Part shown: positions 1-10,593 of the stretch, piece after piece
Numbering within the stretch: the first letter of the stretch is position 1
How the letters are laid out: every line of letters begins with the position of its first letter
NCBI GenBank assembly: GCA_001897675.1
Contig: MKUE01000105.1
Location: 2,567 to 66,566 of the forward strand
Direction of reading: 5' to 3'
From: Thiobacillus sp. 65-1059
GTDB lineage: Bacteria; Pseudomonadota; Gammaproteobacteria; Burkholderiales; Thiobacillaceae
DNA: 64,000 nt
Translations under genes and position numbers: made by a program
The notes under the pieces: model-generated
Database searches by the model: none
What the model was told of the DNA's origin: nothing
What the model saw: only the letters and a program-made list of their open reading frames with translations

Positions 1-795
1 AACCAGGACGTGGAGCAGGCGCGCAGCAATCAGGCGCTGACCCGGGCTCAGATTCCCAGCCTGGAAACCAGCCTGGCGGAGGCGGAACATCGCCTGGCCA
101 TTCTGCTGGGGATGGCGCCGGGCACGCTGCACGCGCGCCTCGCCGATGCCGCCGGCGTGCCTGCGATGCCGGCCCGGATTGCCGTCGGCATCCCCGCCGA
201 CACCCTGCGCCAGCGTCCCGACGTGCGGGTGGCCGAGCGCAGGCTGGCGGCGCAAACCGCCCGCGTCGGCGCGGCCGAAGCGGCGCGCTATCCGGGCTTC
301 AGTCTCGCCGGCTCGATCGGCCTCGAAGCGCTGACCCTGGGCGCGCTCGGCAACGGCGGAGCCGGCACCGCGTCGCTGTTCGCCGGGGTGACCGCGCCGC
401 TCTTCGACGCCGGGCGCCTGCGCACCCAGGTGGAGATCCAGGACGCGCTGCGCGAGCAGGCGCAGGTGGCCTACGAACAGACGGTGCTCAACGCGCTGGA
501 AGAGGTGGAAAACGCGCTGGTCGCCCTCGCCCGCAACCGGGAACGCGAGCAGGCCCTGACGGAGTCCGCGGCGGCTGCGCGCAATGCGGCGCTGCTGGCG
601 CGGCAACGCTACAGCGCCGGCCTGATCGATTTCCAGTCGGTGCTCGATACCGAACGCAGCGTGCTGTCGGTAGAGGACAGCCTGGCCAGCACCCGCGCCG
701 ACGGCGTGCTGGCGCTCATTCGTTTGTACAAGGCGCTGGGCGGCGGCTGGTCGCCGTCCGGCGCAATCCCTCCAGCCGGCAAGGATGCGCCATGA
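1..795 (+). CDS. Efflux outer-membrane factor lipoprotein, NodT/TolC family (3' part only; gene begins upstream of window)
   Basis: Frame 1 is open from base 1 (NQDVEQARSNQ...). The C-terminal OMF-repeat sequence (QRYSAGLIDFQSVLDTERSVL...LIRLYKALGGGW) is typical of NodT-type OMFs. The stop overlaps the next start (ATGA at 792-795). Confidence 0.85.
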   Translation, partial: NQDVEQARSNQALTRAQIPSLETSLAEAEHRLAILLGMAPGTLHARLADAAGVPAMPARIAVGIPADTLRQRPDVRVAERRLAAQTARVGAAEAARYPGFSLAGSIGLEALTLGALGNGGAGTASLFAGVTAPLFDAGRLRTQVEIQDALREQAQVAYEQTVLNALEEVENALVALARNREREQALTESAAAARNAALLARQRYSAGLIDFQSVLDTERSVLSVEDSLASTRADGVLALIRLYKALGGGWSPSGAIPPAGKDAP

Positions 796-2083
796 ACCCC
801 TCCGACACTCCGCAAGCCAACCCGGCCGAAGCCCTGAAAAACCTCCTCGCCGCCCGGCCTGCCGGGCGGTTCCCGCGCCGCCGGCTGTGGCTGGCCGGCG
901 CGGCGCTGGTGCTGATCGCGGCGGCGGGCCTGCTGGCTTACGGGCCCGCCGAGCAGGCGGCCGGGCCCCGTTACAAAACCGAGCCGGCCAGCGTCGGCGT
1001 TCTGGTGGTCAAGGTTTCCGCCACCGGCAACCTGCAGCCCACCAATCAGGTGGACGTGGGCAGCGAACTGTCCGGCATCGTCGACAAGGTGCTGGTCGAC
1101 GACAACGACCGGGTGAAGAAGGGACAGGTTCTGGCCCGCCTGGACCTGTCCAAGCTGAACGACGCGGTGGCGAAATCGCGCGCCAACCTGGACTCGGCGC
1201 TGGCGCAGGTGCTGCAGGCGCAGGCCACGGTGGCGGAAGCGCACGCCGCGCTGGCGCGCTTCCGGCAGGTGGCGCAGCTGTCCGGCGGCAAGGTGCCGTC
1301 CAGAAGCGAAATGGACAGCGCCGAGGCAAATCTGAAACGGGCCGAGGCCAATGAAGCCAGCGCCCGTGCGAGCGTCACCCAGGCCCGCGCCACGCTGCAG
1401 TCGGATCAGACCAACCTGGCCAAGGCCAGCATCCGTTCGCCCATCGACGGCGTGGTGCTGACCCGCAAGGTGGAGCCGGGCCAGACGGTGGCCGCCTCCT
1501 TCCAGGCCCCGGTGCTGTTCACCCTCGCCGAGGACCTCGCCAAGATGGAGCTGCAGGTGGACGTGGACGAAGCCGACGTCGGCCAGGTGAAAGTCGGCCA
1601 GAAAGCCAGCTTCAGCGTCGATGCCTGGCCTGGCCGCCGCTACGCCGCCGTCATCACCCGGGTGAGCTACGGTTCCCAGGTCAAGGACGGCGTGGTGTCC
1701 TACCTGGCCGTGCTCGAAGTGGGCAACGACGACCTCAGCCTGCGTCCCGGCATGACCGGCACCGCAGAGATCACCACCCTGACCCGGGAGCGTGCCCTGC
1801 TGGTGCCGAACGCGGCGCTGCGCTTCACTCCTGCGGCGGCCGCTGCAGTGCAGAAAAAATCCGGCAGCGCTCTGACGGGCATCCTGATGCCGCGTCCGCC
1901 CAGGCAGACGCCGAAGGCCCAGGCGGCCGATGGCGGCACGCCGCGGGTGTGGACGCTGCGCGACGGCCAGGCCGTGCCGCTGGAAGTGAAAACCGGCGCC
2001 AGCAACGGCCGGGTGACCGAGATCGTCGGCGGCGAACTGCGCGCCGGCATGGAGGTGATCACCGAGGCGGCGGACAGGCAGCC

Positions 2084-2087
<4 letters not shown>
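792..2087 (+). CDS. Efflux periplasmic adaptor subunit, HlyD/MacA family
   Basis: 431 aa with an N-terminal membrane anchor (RRRLWLAGAALVLIAAAGLL), a coiled-coil hairpin (AVAKSRANLDSALAQVLQAQATVAEAHAAL...) and barrel domains. ATGA overlaps on both sides couple it to the OMF and ABC ATPase genes. Confidence 0.9.
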
Positions 2088-2787
<700 letters not shown>

Positions 2788-2788
<1 letters not shown>

Positions 2789-3990
2789 TGCTGTGGAACA
2801 CGCTGCTGCTCGCCCTGCGCGCCATCCGGCGCAACTTGATGCGCTCCTTCCTGACCATCCTCGGCATCGTCATCGGCGTGGCAGCCGTCATCACCATGGT
2901 CACGCTGGGCAACGGCGCCACCCAGTCGGTGTCCGACCAGATCTCCAGCATGGGCAGCAACCTGCTCATGCTGCGTCCAGGCCAGCGTTTCGGCCCCGGC
3001 GCCGAGGGCGCGCCCAACTTCAAGCTCGCCGATGCCGAGGCCATCCGCAACCAGATCGGTTCCGCGCAGGCGGTCGCCCCGGTGGTCAGCAAGACGGTGA
3101 CCGCCGTGTACCAGGCGCGCAACTGGTCCACCGTGGTCACCGGCAGCAGCAACGACTATTTCCGGGCCGGCAACTGGGAGCTGTCCGCCGGCCGCAGCTT
3201 CAGCGAGGCCGAGGAGCGCTCGGGCAAGGCGGTGTGCGTCATCGGCGAAACGGTACGCGACAAGCTGTTCGGCCGGCAGAATCCGGTGGGCAGCGAGATC
3301 CGCATCAAGCAGTTCGCCTGCGAGGTGATCGGCCTGCTCAAGCCCAAGGGCCAGTCGGCCATGGGCTCCGACCAGGACGACACCGTGGTGATGCCGCTGC
3401 GTACCGTGCAGCGCCGCCTCACCGGCAGCCAGGACGTCAATCGCCTGACGGTCTCGGTGCGGGAGGGCGCCTCCATCGACGCGGTCAAGGACCAGCTCAC
3501 CCTGCTGCTGCGCGAGCGGCGCAAGGTCGGCGGCAACGAGGAAGACGACTTCCGCGTCATGGACACCCGGCAGATCGCCGAGGCGCTCACCGGCACCACC
3601 CGGGTCCTCACCATGCTGCTCGGGGCGGTGGCGGCGGTGAGCCTGCTGGTGGGCGGCATCGGCATCATGAACATCATGCTGGTGTCGGTGACCGAGCGCA
3701 CCCGCGAGATCGGCATCCGCCTCGCCATCGGCGCGCTGGAAAGGGAGGTGCTGCTGCAGTTCCTCATCGAGGCGGTGGTGTTGTCGAGCCTCGGCGGCCT
3801 GATCGGCATCGCGCTGGCCACCGGCGCCTCCATCGCCCTGGCCGGCGCGATGGGCGTGCCCTATCTGTTCGACCCCGGCATCAACCTGCTGTCCTTCTTG
3901 TTTTCCGCCGCCATCGGCGTGATCTTCGGCTTCTTCCCGGCGCGCCGGGCGGCCGGCCTCAACCCGATCGATGCCTTGCGGCACGAATGA
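2788..3990 (+). CDS. ABC transporter permease, MacB/FtsX family
   Basis: 400 aa with an N-terminal TM, a large periplasmic domain and a C-terminal FtsX-type TM bundle (ERTREIGIRLAIGA...FFPARRAAGLNPIDALRHE). TGATG overlap with the ATPase gene. Confidence 0.92.
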
Positions 3991-4098
3991 GCGCAAGCGG
4001 GTCGACAGCGAAATACCGGAGGGATCCGGGTTTGCCATGATGCGCGAGTGAACGGCCGGTCTCGATTGGCCTAAGATGAAGCATCGCCCATTGGATAC

Positions 4099-6693
4099 AT
4101 GCCCGATCCCTTGAAAGATGCTCTCGCGAATCTCAAGGACGCGTTCTATCGGCGCCGGCATCTTTGGGCGGCCATTTTCAGCCTGTCGCTATTCTTGTCG
4201 GCACTGGGGATGCTGCATCGGGAACTGGCGGATATCCATCTCGCGGAAATACGCCTGGCCCTTGATCGGGTGCCCGTCAGCGGCTTGCTGCTGGCGGGGC
4301 TGGGCACGCTCGGCAGCTACCTCGCCCTGACCGGGTACGACATGCTGGCTCTGCGCCACCTGGGCCGCGCGTTGCCCTATCCGCGCGTGGCACTGAACGC
4401 CTTCATCGCCACGACGGTGGGACATAACCTGGGCATGGCCATGCTCTCCGCCGGAGCGGTGCGCTTGCGCCTTTACACGGCCGCAGGACTCGCGGCCACC
4501 GAGGTGGCGGGGCTGGTGGCCTTGATTGGACTGACCTTCGCTGTGGGCGTGACGTTTGCCGCCGGGCTGGCGCTGCTCCTTGAACCGGCGGAGAGCGGGC
4601 GGCTGCTGCACCTGTCCGCGGACGGCGCAGGCAGCATCGGCGCCCTGCTGCTTGCCCTGGTTGCCCTTTATCTGGGCTTCGGTCTATTGCGCCGCGCCCC
4701 CATCCGGCTGGGCAGCTGGCAGTGGCATCTGCCTGGCGCCGGCATCGCTCTGGGCCAACTGGTCCTGGCCGCGGCCGACCTGGGGTGCGCCGCCGCCGCC
4801 CTTTTCTGGCTTTTGCCCGCGCAAGCGGCGGTGTCGTTTCCCGCGTTTCTGGGCGTGTACGTTCTGGCGGTGGTGGCGGGCATCGTCAGCCATGTGCCGG
4901 CCGGGCTCGGGGTGTTTGAAACGGTGCTGCTGCTGGCCCTGCCGGCGGTGCCGCAGGAGGATTTGCTGGCAGCCATTCTGGCCTACCGTGCGATCTACTA
5001 TCTGGCCCCGCTGGCGGCGGCGGCGCTGCTGGTTGCCGGAAAGCTGGTGCAGTTGCGCCGTGCCGCGCTTGCCCAGGGGCTGGATTCGATGCGCCAGGTT
5101 TTCGGCTGGATGGCGCCGGTGACGGTCAGCAGCGCAACCTTCATCGCCGGGGCGCTGCTGCTGTTGTCCGGCAGCACGCCCGCACTCCCCGAGCGGCTGT
5201 CCCTGCTGCAGGACTTCGTGCCCCTGCCGCTGCTGGAGGTTTCGCATCTGCTGGGCAGCCTGGCCGGCCTGGGCCTCGTCATCCTGGCGCGGGCGCTGCA
5301 CCGCCGGGTCGACGCCGCCTACCACCTGGCCTTCTGGCTGCTGGCGCTCGGCGCGCTGGCCTCCCTGGTCAAGGGCCTGGATTACGAGGAGGCGCTACTT
5401 TCCATGCTGGTCCTGGGCATGCTCTGGCTGGGGCGTGACGCCTTCAATCGGCCCGCCTCCCTCTTTGCCCGGCGTTTCTCGCCGGGCTGGATGCTTTCGG
5501 TCGCACTGCTGCTGGCCGCCACCGTTTGGCTGGGGCTGTTCTCCTTCAAGCATGTCGATTATTCCCATGAGCTGTGGTGGCAGTTCGCCCTGCAAGGCGA
5601 TGCCCCGCGCTTCCTGCGCGCGTCCCTGCTGCTGGTCTTGGCGGGGGGCGGCCTGGCGCTGCTGCATCTGCTGCGGCCGGCGCCGCCCGAACCCGGCAGG
5701 CCGAGCGGACAGGATCTGGCACACGCTGCCCGCATCGTCGCCGCCGCCCCGCAGAGCGACGCCGCCCTTGCCCTGCTGGGCGACAAGCGCCTGCTGTTCA
5801 GCCCGGCCGGAGAGGCGTTCATCATGTATCAGGTGCGCGGCCAGAGCTGGATCGCCATGGGCGATCCGGTCGGGCCGGAGAGCGCGCGCGAAGCGCTGGT
5901 CTGGCGGTTCCGCGAGATGGCGGATCGCCACGGCGGACGCACCGTTTTCTACCAGGTCGATGCGGAAAACCTGCCCCTCTACCTGGATCTGGGCCTGACC
6001 GCCATGAAACTGGGCGAGGAAGGCATGGTTTCCCTCGCCGGATTCTCGCTGGAGGGAGCGGCGCGCAAGGAACTGCGCCAGTCCCATCGACGCGCCCAGC
6101 GGGACGGGCTCAGCTTCGAGGTCGTGCCGCCTGCGGCGGTGCCGGCGCTGCTGGACGAACTCCGGCGGGTTTCTGATAGCTGGCTGGCAGAGAAGCACAC
6201 CCGGGAAAAGGGCTTCGCCCTGGGCTATTTCCAGCCCGCTTACCTCGCCCACTTTCCCTGTGCGCTGGTGCGCCTGGACGGGCACGTCGTGGCCTTCGCC
6301 AATGTCCTGGCATCCGCCGGGCGGCAGGAACTGTCCATCGATCTCATGCGTCGTCTGCCCGCGGCGCCCAAGGGCGTCATGGACTATCTTTTTATCGAAC
6401 TCATGCTGTGGGGCAGCCGCGAGGGCTACGCCCATTTCAATCTGGGCATGGCTCCCCTGTCCGGCCTGGAGTCCCATCCCCTTGCCCCGTTGTGGCACCG
6501 CCTGGGGACATTGATTTTCCGGCAGGGGGAGTACTTCTACAACTTCGAGGGCTTGCGTGCCTACAAGGAAAAATTCTCGCCGGCCTGGCGCCCGAAGTAC
6601 CTCGCCGTGCCCGGCGGGCTGGCTTTGCCGACCGTCCTGCTGGACGTGGCGGCCCTGATTGCCGGAGGCATCAGGGGCGTGTTTAGCCGTTGA
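4099..6693 (+). CDS. mprF: Aminoacyl-phosphatidylglycerol synthase/flippase, MprF family (Lys- vs Ala-PG specificity not decidable from sequence)
   Basis: 864 aa. The N-terminal ~530 aa are strongly hydrophobic and multi-TM. The cytoplasmic C-terminal synthase domain carries FYQVDAENLPLYLDLGL, EKGFALGYF, FNLGMAPLSG and YNFEGLRAYKEKFSP. Confidence 0.9.
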   Translation: MPDPLKDALANLKDAFYRRRHLWAAIFSLSLFLSALGMLHRELADIHLAEIRLALDRVPVSGLLLAGLGTLGSYLALTGYDMLALRHLGRALPYPRVALNAFIATTVGHNLGMAMLSAGAVRLRLYTAAGLAATEVAGLVALIGLTFAVGVTFAAGLALLLEPAESGRLLHLSADGAGSIGALLLALVALYLGFGLLRRAPIRLGSWQWHLPGAGIALGQLVLAAADLGCAAAALFWLLPAQAAVSFPAFLGVYVLAVVAGIVSHVPAGLGVFETVLLLALPAVPQEDLLAAILAYRAIYYLAPLAAAALLVAGKLVQLRRAALAQGLDSMRQVFGWMAPVTVSSATFIAGALLLLSGSTPALPERLSLLQDFVPLPLLEVSHLLGSLAGLGLVILARALHRRVDAAYHLAFWLLALGALASLVKGLDYEEALLSMLVLGMLWLGRDAFNRPASLFARRFSPGWMLSVALLLAATVWLGLFSFKHVDYSHELWWQFALQGDAPRFLRASLLLVLAGGGLALLHLLRPAPPEPGRPSGQDLAHAARIVAAAPQSDAALALLGDKRLLFSPAGEAFIMYQVRGQSWIAMGDPVGPESAREALVWRFREMADRHGGRTVFYQVDAENLPLYLDLGLTAMKLGEEGMVSLAGFSLEGAARKELRQSHRRAQRDGLSFEVVPPAAVPALLDELRRVSDSWLAEKHTREKGFALGYFQPAYLAHFPCALVRLDGHVVAFANVLASAGRQELSIDLMRRLPAAPKGVMDYLFIELMLWGSREGYAHFNLGMAPLSGLESHPLAPLWHRLGTLIFRQGEYFYNFEGLRAYKEKFSPAWRPKYLAVPGGLALPTVLLDVAALIAGGIRGVFSR

Positions 6694-6704
6694 CGGGAGC
6701 TTGA

Positions 6705-8108
6705 ATGAACAGCCAGCCGCAGCGCCTGTTTCGCCGGATCATCCGCATCGCATTCCTGCTGCTCTTGTCCGGTTCCGGCTGGGCGGCGGGCAACATCGCC
6801 GAATCCACCCTGGGGTTCGGCCGCTTTGGCAAAGTCTCGCTCTATTCCCCGTCCGCGGAGCCGGATCGGGTCGTGCTGTTCATCTCCGGCGACGGCGGCT
6901 GGAATCTGGGCGTGATCGACATGGCCCGTGAATTGGCCGGACTCGATGCCCTGGTCGTGGGAATCGATATCCGACATTACCTGGCCTCCGTGGAAGCGGG
7001 CCAGCAGAAGTGCGCCTACCCGGCGGGGGATTTCGAGGCCCTGGGCCAGTTCGTGCAGAAAAAACTGGGCTATCGGCAGTTCCACCGCCCCGTGCTGGTG
7101 GGCTATTCCTCGGGCGCCACCCTGGCCTATGCCACCCTGGCCCAGGCTCCGGCCGGCACCTTCTCGGGCGCGGTCAGCCTGGGGTTCTGCCCCGATCTGA
7201 TGCTGCGCAAGCCCATGTGCAAGGGAGCCGGCCTCAGCTACAAAATCGATCCTGGACTGGGGCAGGTGTTCGATCCGGTTGCCCGTCTGGCCGACCCGTG
7301 GGTGGTTCTCCACGGCGACCAGGATCAGGTCTGCGCGCCGGCAGCAACGGCGGCTTACGTGGCGAAAGTGGCGGGCGGCAGCCTGGTCCGCCTCCCCAGG
7401 GTGGGTCACGGCTTCTCCGTGCCGCGCAACTGGATGCCCCAGTTCAAGGCCGCGTTCGCGGCCTTCTCGCAGTCAGCGCCCGGTGTGCCTCTCCGGGCGG
7501 CGAAAGGGGTGGGTTATTTGCCGCTGGTGGAAGTCGCCGCCGGCCGGCCCGGCGACACGCTGGCGATTCTGCTCACAGGAGATGGCGGCTGGGCTGGCCT
7601 GGACCGGGGGCTCGCGGCCGCCCTGGCGGAAAGGGGCGTGGCGGTGATCGGCTGGGACTCCCTGCGGTATTACTGGAAGCCGCGCACGCCGGATGCGGCG
7701 GCCAGGGATCTGGCCAGCGTGATGGAATATTACCGGACCGCGCTGAAGCGGCAGCGGATTATCCTGATCGGCTATTCCTTCGGGGCGGAAGTGCTGCCGT
7801 TTCTGGCAAGCCGCTTGCCGGCGGAACTGAAGGCGCACATCGAGAAAATTGTCCTGCTGGGGCCGGGCCCGCGGGCGCATTTTGAATTCAAGCTCGCCGA
7901 CTGGCTGGGCGGTGCCGAGGGCGGCCAGGAGGTGTCCAGTGAAATTGCCCGGCTTGGCGGCCTGTCCGTGGAGTGCGTGCATGGCGCGGAAGAGCGCGAC
8001 AGCCTGTGCAGCAAGCTCGATACCGGGATGGCCAGAAGCGTGACGCTGCCAGGCGGCCACCATTTTGATGGCGACTATGCGGGCTTGGCCAGGCTGATCC
8101 GAGAGTGA
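6705..8108 (+). CDS. acvB: AcvB/VirJ-family secreted aminoacyl-PG hydrolase-like protein (two alpha/beta-hydrolase-like repeats)
   Basis: 467 aa with a signal peptide (RIAFLLLLSGSGWA). Two repeats each carry SGDGGW/TGDGGW and a GYSxGA nucleophile elbow (GYSSGA, GYSFGA). It lies 11 nt downstream of mprF, as in lpiA-acvB type operons. Confidence 0.8.
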   Translation: MNSQPQRLFRRIIRIAFLLLLSGSGWAAGNIAESTLGFGRFGKVSLYSPSAEPDRVVLFISGDGGWNLGVIDMARELAGLDALVVGIDIRHYLASVEAGQQKCAYPAGDFEALGQFVQKKLGYRQFHRPVLVGYSSGATLAYATLAQAPAGTFSGAVSLGFCPDLMLRKPMCKGAGLSYKIDPGLGQVFDPVARLADPWVVLHGDQDQVCAPAATAAYVAKVAGGSLVRLPRVGHGFSVPRNWMPQFKAAFAAFSQSAPGVPLRAAKGVGYLPLVEVAAGRPGDTLAILLTGDGGWAGLDRGLAAALAERGVAVIGWDSLRYYWKPRTPDAAARDLASVMEYYRTALKRQRIILIGYSFGAEVLPFLASRLPAELKAHIEKIVLLGPGPRAHFEFKLADWLGGAEGGQEVSSEIARLGGLSVECVHGAEERDSLCSKLDTGMARSVTLPGGHHFDGDYAGLARLIRE

Positions 8109-8132
8109 TTTCTGCCGCTGCCTTTAAGCTCG

Positions 8133-8158
8133 ATTCAGGCCGTGGATGCCGCCTGAAT
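8133..8158 (+). terminator. Hairpin between convergent acvB and gpsA (weak intrinsic terminator candidate)
   Basis: ATTCAGGC (8133-8140) pairs with GCCTGAAT (8151-8158) around a 10-nt loop, followed by GTTTCTG on the + strand. Confidence 0.4.
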
Positions 8159-8167
8159 GTTTCTGCC

Positions 8168-9163
8168 TCAGAACTCGGCCTTGATTTCCCGGTTCAGCAG
8201 GGCATCGACTGCCTGCGCGGCAGGCAGGCCGTCGAACAGCATCCGGCAGACGGCGCGGGTGATCGGCATGTCGACGCCCCGTTCGGTTGCGAGCGCGTCG
8301 GCCTCGCGTGCGGTGGTGACGCCTTCGGCGACGTGGCCGAGTTCGGCGAGGATGGCGGCGAGTGGCTGGCCGCGCGCGAGCCGCAGGCCGACCTGGCGGT
8401 TGCGCGAGAGGTCGCCGGTGGTGGTGAGGATGAGGTCGCCGAGGCCGGACAGCCCCATGAAGGTTTCGAAGCGGCCGCCGAGTCCGACGCCGAGCCGGGT
8501 CATTTCGGCCAGCCCGCGGGTGATGAGGGCGGCGCGGGCGTTGTGGCCGAGCTGCAGGCCGTCGCAGATGCCGGCGGCAATGGCCATGACGTTCTTCAGT
8601 GCGCCGCCGATTTCGACGCCGACGACGTCGTCATGCGCGTAGAGCCGCAGGCGCGGGCCGGACAGTATTGCCGACAGGCGTTGCGCCAGCGCGGTGTCGT
8701 CGGCAGCCAGCGTCAGCGCGGTGGGGTAGCCTTGCGCGACTTCCTGGGCGAAGCTGGGGCCGGACAGCACGGCGGTTTGCGTGTGCCCGGGCAGCAGTTC
8801 GGCGATGAGCTGGTGCGGTAGCTTGCGGCTGCCGGGCTCGAATCCCTTGCATATCCAGACCAGCGGCGGCAGTCCGGGCTGCCGGGCGAGCGCGGCCAGC
8901 GTGGGGCGCAGGCCGCCGCTGGGGACGGCGACGACGAGGAGTTCGGCGTCCCCGACAACGGCGCTGAAATCCGGGCTGAAGCGCAGCGTGTCCGGCAGCG
9001 GACAGCCCGGCAGATAGCGCGCATTGACGCGGCTCGCCTGCATGGCATCGAGCTCGGCCGCGTTGCGTCCCCACAGGGTGACGCGGTGGTGCGGCGCCCA
9101 GCTGGCCGCCAGCGCGGTGCCCCAGGCGCCCGCGCCGAGTACCGACAGTCTCATCGTCCCCAT
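8168..9163 (-). CDS. gpsA: NAD(P)H-dependent glycerol-3-phosphate dehydrogenase
   Basis: 331 aa with an N-terminal Rossmann motif (VLGAGAWGTALA), a conserved GpsA core (GPSFAQEVA, GALKNVMAIAAG) and a C-terminal MPITRAV motif. An alternative start at ATG 9154 would make an ATGA overlap with the upstream stop. Confidence 0.93.
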   Translation of the reverse strand: MGTMRLSVLGAGAWGTALAASWAPHHRVTLWGRNAAELDAMQASRVNARYLPGCPLPDTLRFSPDFSAVVGDAELLVVAVPSGGLRPTLAALARQPGLPPLVWICKGFEPGSRKLPHQLIAELLPGHTQTAVLSGPSFAQEVAQGYPTALTLAADDTALAQRLSAILSGPRLRLYAHDDVVGVEIGGALKNVMAIAAGICDGLQLGHNARAALITRGLAEMTRLGVGLGGRFETFMGLSGLGDLILTTTGDLSRNRQVGLRLARGQPLAAILAELGHVAEGVTTAREADALATERGVDMPITRAVCRMLFDGLPAAQAVDALLNREIKAEF

Positions 9164-9609
9164 GCCTCGTGCACCGGCAGCCAGCCGCTGAGGCCGCCGG
9201 CGTGTTTCACCGGCAGCCAGCCGTAGCTGTCCATGTCGCCGGTGACTTCGAGCAGGACGCCGCGCGCGGCACGGAACACGATCTCGGCGTCGGCGCGCGG
9301 CTGTTGCCGGACGATGCTGGATTCAGCCTTGACCATGACGGTTCTTGCGCCGCCGAGGGCGGCTTTCTCGATCCACGCCAGCCGGCCGCTGTGGTCGCGC
9401 ACCTTGACCCAGGCCTCGGTGTCGACGATGACTTCAAGCGGCAGGCCGCTGCCGGCGACGGCGACTTTGCCGGCAGCGGCCGAAGGCGCGTCGTACAGCA
9501 GGGCGGCGCGCCCGGTGCTGCGGTATTCAAGCGCAGCGGCGGGGTGCGCCAGGGCCAGCAGCAGGCCGGCCGCGGGCAGCCAGCCGGGGGGGCGCAGTCG
9601 CAATTTCAA
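9151..9609 (-). CDS. Secreted SH3 domain-containing protein
   Basis: The ORF-track 229-aa version overlaps secB, so I trimmed it to TTG 9609, which overlaps the secB stop (CATTGA); TTG 9603 is an alternative. Signal-like N-terminus KLRLRPPGWLPAAGLLLALAHPAAA followed by two SH3b-like halves (...LPLEVIVDTEAWVKVRD..., ...LLEVTGDMDSYGWLPVKH...). No clear SD, so the start is uncertain. Confidence 0.6.
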   Translation of the reverse strand: MKLRLRPPGWLPAAGLLLALAHPAAALEYRSTGRAALLYDAPSAAAGKVAVAGSGLPLEVIVDTEAWVKVRDHSGRLAWIEKAALGGARTVMVKAESSIVRQQPRADAEIVFRAARGVLLEVTGDMDSYGWLPVKHAGGLSGWLPVHEAWGR

Positions 9610-10064
9610 TGCGTCTGCGCGGGGGCAGCCTGTTGCTGCTGCAGCTGCTGTTGCTGCAGGTACAGCGTCTCGAAGTTGACCGGGTTCAGCAGCAGCGGCG
9701 GGAAGCCGGCGCGGATCACCACGTCGGACACGGTCTCGCGCAGATAGGGGAAGACGATGTTGGGGCAGCCGATGCCGAGCACCATCGGCAGCTGGTCCTG
9801 CGGCACGTTCTGGATGCGGAAGATGCCGCCCTGGCAGCATTCGACCAGGAACATGGTCTTGTCGCCGATCTTGGCGGTGACGGTGACGGTGATGCTGGTG
9901 TGGTACAGGTCCTGGTCCAGCGCATGGCTTTCGGTCGACATGTTGACGTCGATCTGCGGCGCTTCGCGTTCCAGGTAGATGGCGGGGGCGTTGGGCACCT
10001 CCACCGACAGATCCTTGACGAAGAGTTTTTCGATATTGAATACGGGTTGTTGTTCGTCGGCCAT
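9606..10064 (-). CDS. secB: Protein-export chaperone SecB (with Q-rich C-terminal tail)
   Basis: 152 aa. MADEQQPVFNIEKLFVKDLSVEVPNAP...NIVFPYLRETVSDVVIRAGFPPLLLNPVNFE is collinear with SecB. The tail LQQQQLQQQQAAPAQTH is unusual. Confidence 0.95.
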   Translation of the reverse strand: MADEQQPVFNIEKLFVKDLSVEVPNAPAIYLEREAPQIDVNMSTESHALDQDLYHTSITVTVTAKIGDKTMFLVECCQGGIFRIQNVPQDQLPMVLGIGCPNIVFPYLRETVSDVVIRAGFPPLLLNPVNFETLYLQQQQLQQQQAAPAQTH

Positions 10065-10080
10065 GATGTCTCCCTGGATA

Positions 10081-10104
10081 AGAAAACCGGAGCCTGCGCT
10101 CCGG
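10081..10104 (-). terminator. Rho-independent terminator after trxC
   Basis: On the minus strand: CCGGAGC-GCAG-GCTCCGG followed by TTTTCT, 24 nt past the trxC stop. Confidence 0.6.
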
Positions 10105-10128
10105 GGATGCTGCGCATTTTACACGCGC

Positions 10129-10557
10129 TTATTGAATGCCTTGCGACGCCAGCCAGCGCTTCAATGCGAACGCATCCATCGCCCCCGAGGTGCGCGCCGC
10201 CTCGGCGCCGTTCCTGAACAGGATCAGGCTGGGAATGCCGCGGATGTGGTGACGCATCGACACCTGCGGGTGGGCCTCGGTGTCGACCTTGGCGAAGCGC
10301 ACGCGCGTGCCCATCTCGGCCGCGACTTGCTGGAATACCGGCGCCATCATCTTGCAGGGGCCGCACCAGTCGGCCCAGAAATCGACCAATACCGGCAGGC
10401 CGGCACGGGCGACGAAGCGGTCGAAGCTGTCGGCGCTCAGGTCGACCGGCTGGCCGGGCAGCAGCGGCGAGCCGCACTTGCCACATTTCGGTGCGTCGGC
10501 CAGGCGGTCGTCCGGCACGCGGTTGACGGCGAGGCAGTGGGGGCAGGCGAGTTCCAT
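10129..10557 (-). CDS. trxC: Thioredoxin 2 (zinc-finger N-terminal extension)
   Basis: 142 aa with an N-terminal CPHC...CGKC zinc-finger pair followed by a thioredoxin fold with WCGPC. Confidence 0.9.
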   Translation of the reverse strand: MELACPHCLAVNRVPDDRLADAPKCGKCGSPLLPGQPVDLSADSFDRFVARAGLPVLVDFWADWCGPCKMMAPVFQQVAAEMGTRVRFAKVDTEAHPQVSMRHHIRGIPSLILFRNGAEAARTSGAMDAFALKRWLASQGIQ

Positions 10558-10564
10558 CGGGGTT

Positions 10565-10593
10565 CCTTGAAGCGAAGGGTCTTCGCTTCAAGG
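10565..10593 (-). promoter_or_regulatory. Perfect 13-bp stem / 3-nt loop hairpin in the grxC-trxC spacer, overlapping the trxC Shine-Dalgarno
   Basis: CCTTGAAGCGAAG (10565-10577) and CTTCGCTTCAAGG (10581-10593) are exact reverse complements. On the minus strand the 3' arm ends ...CAAGG, followed by AACCCCG and the ATG. There is no U-tract. Confidence 0.6.
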
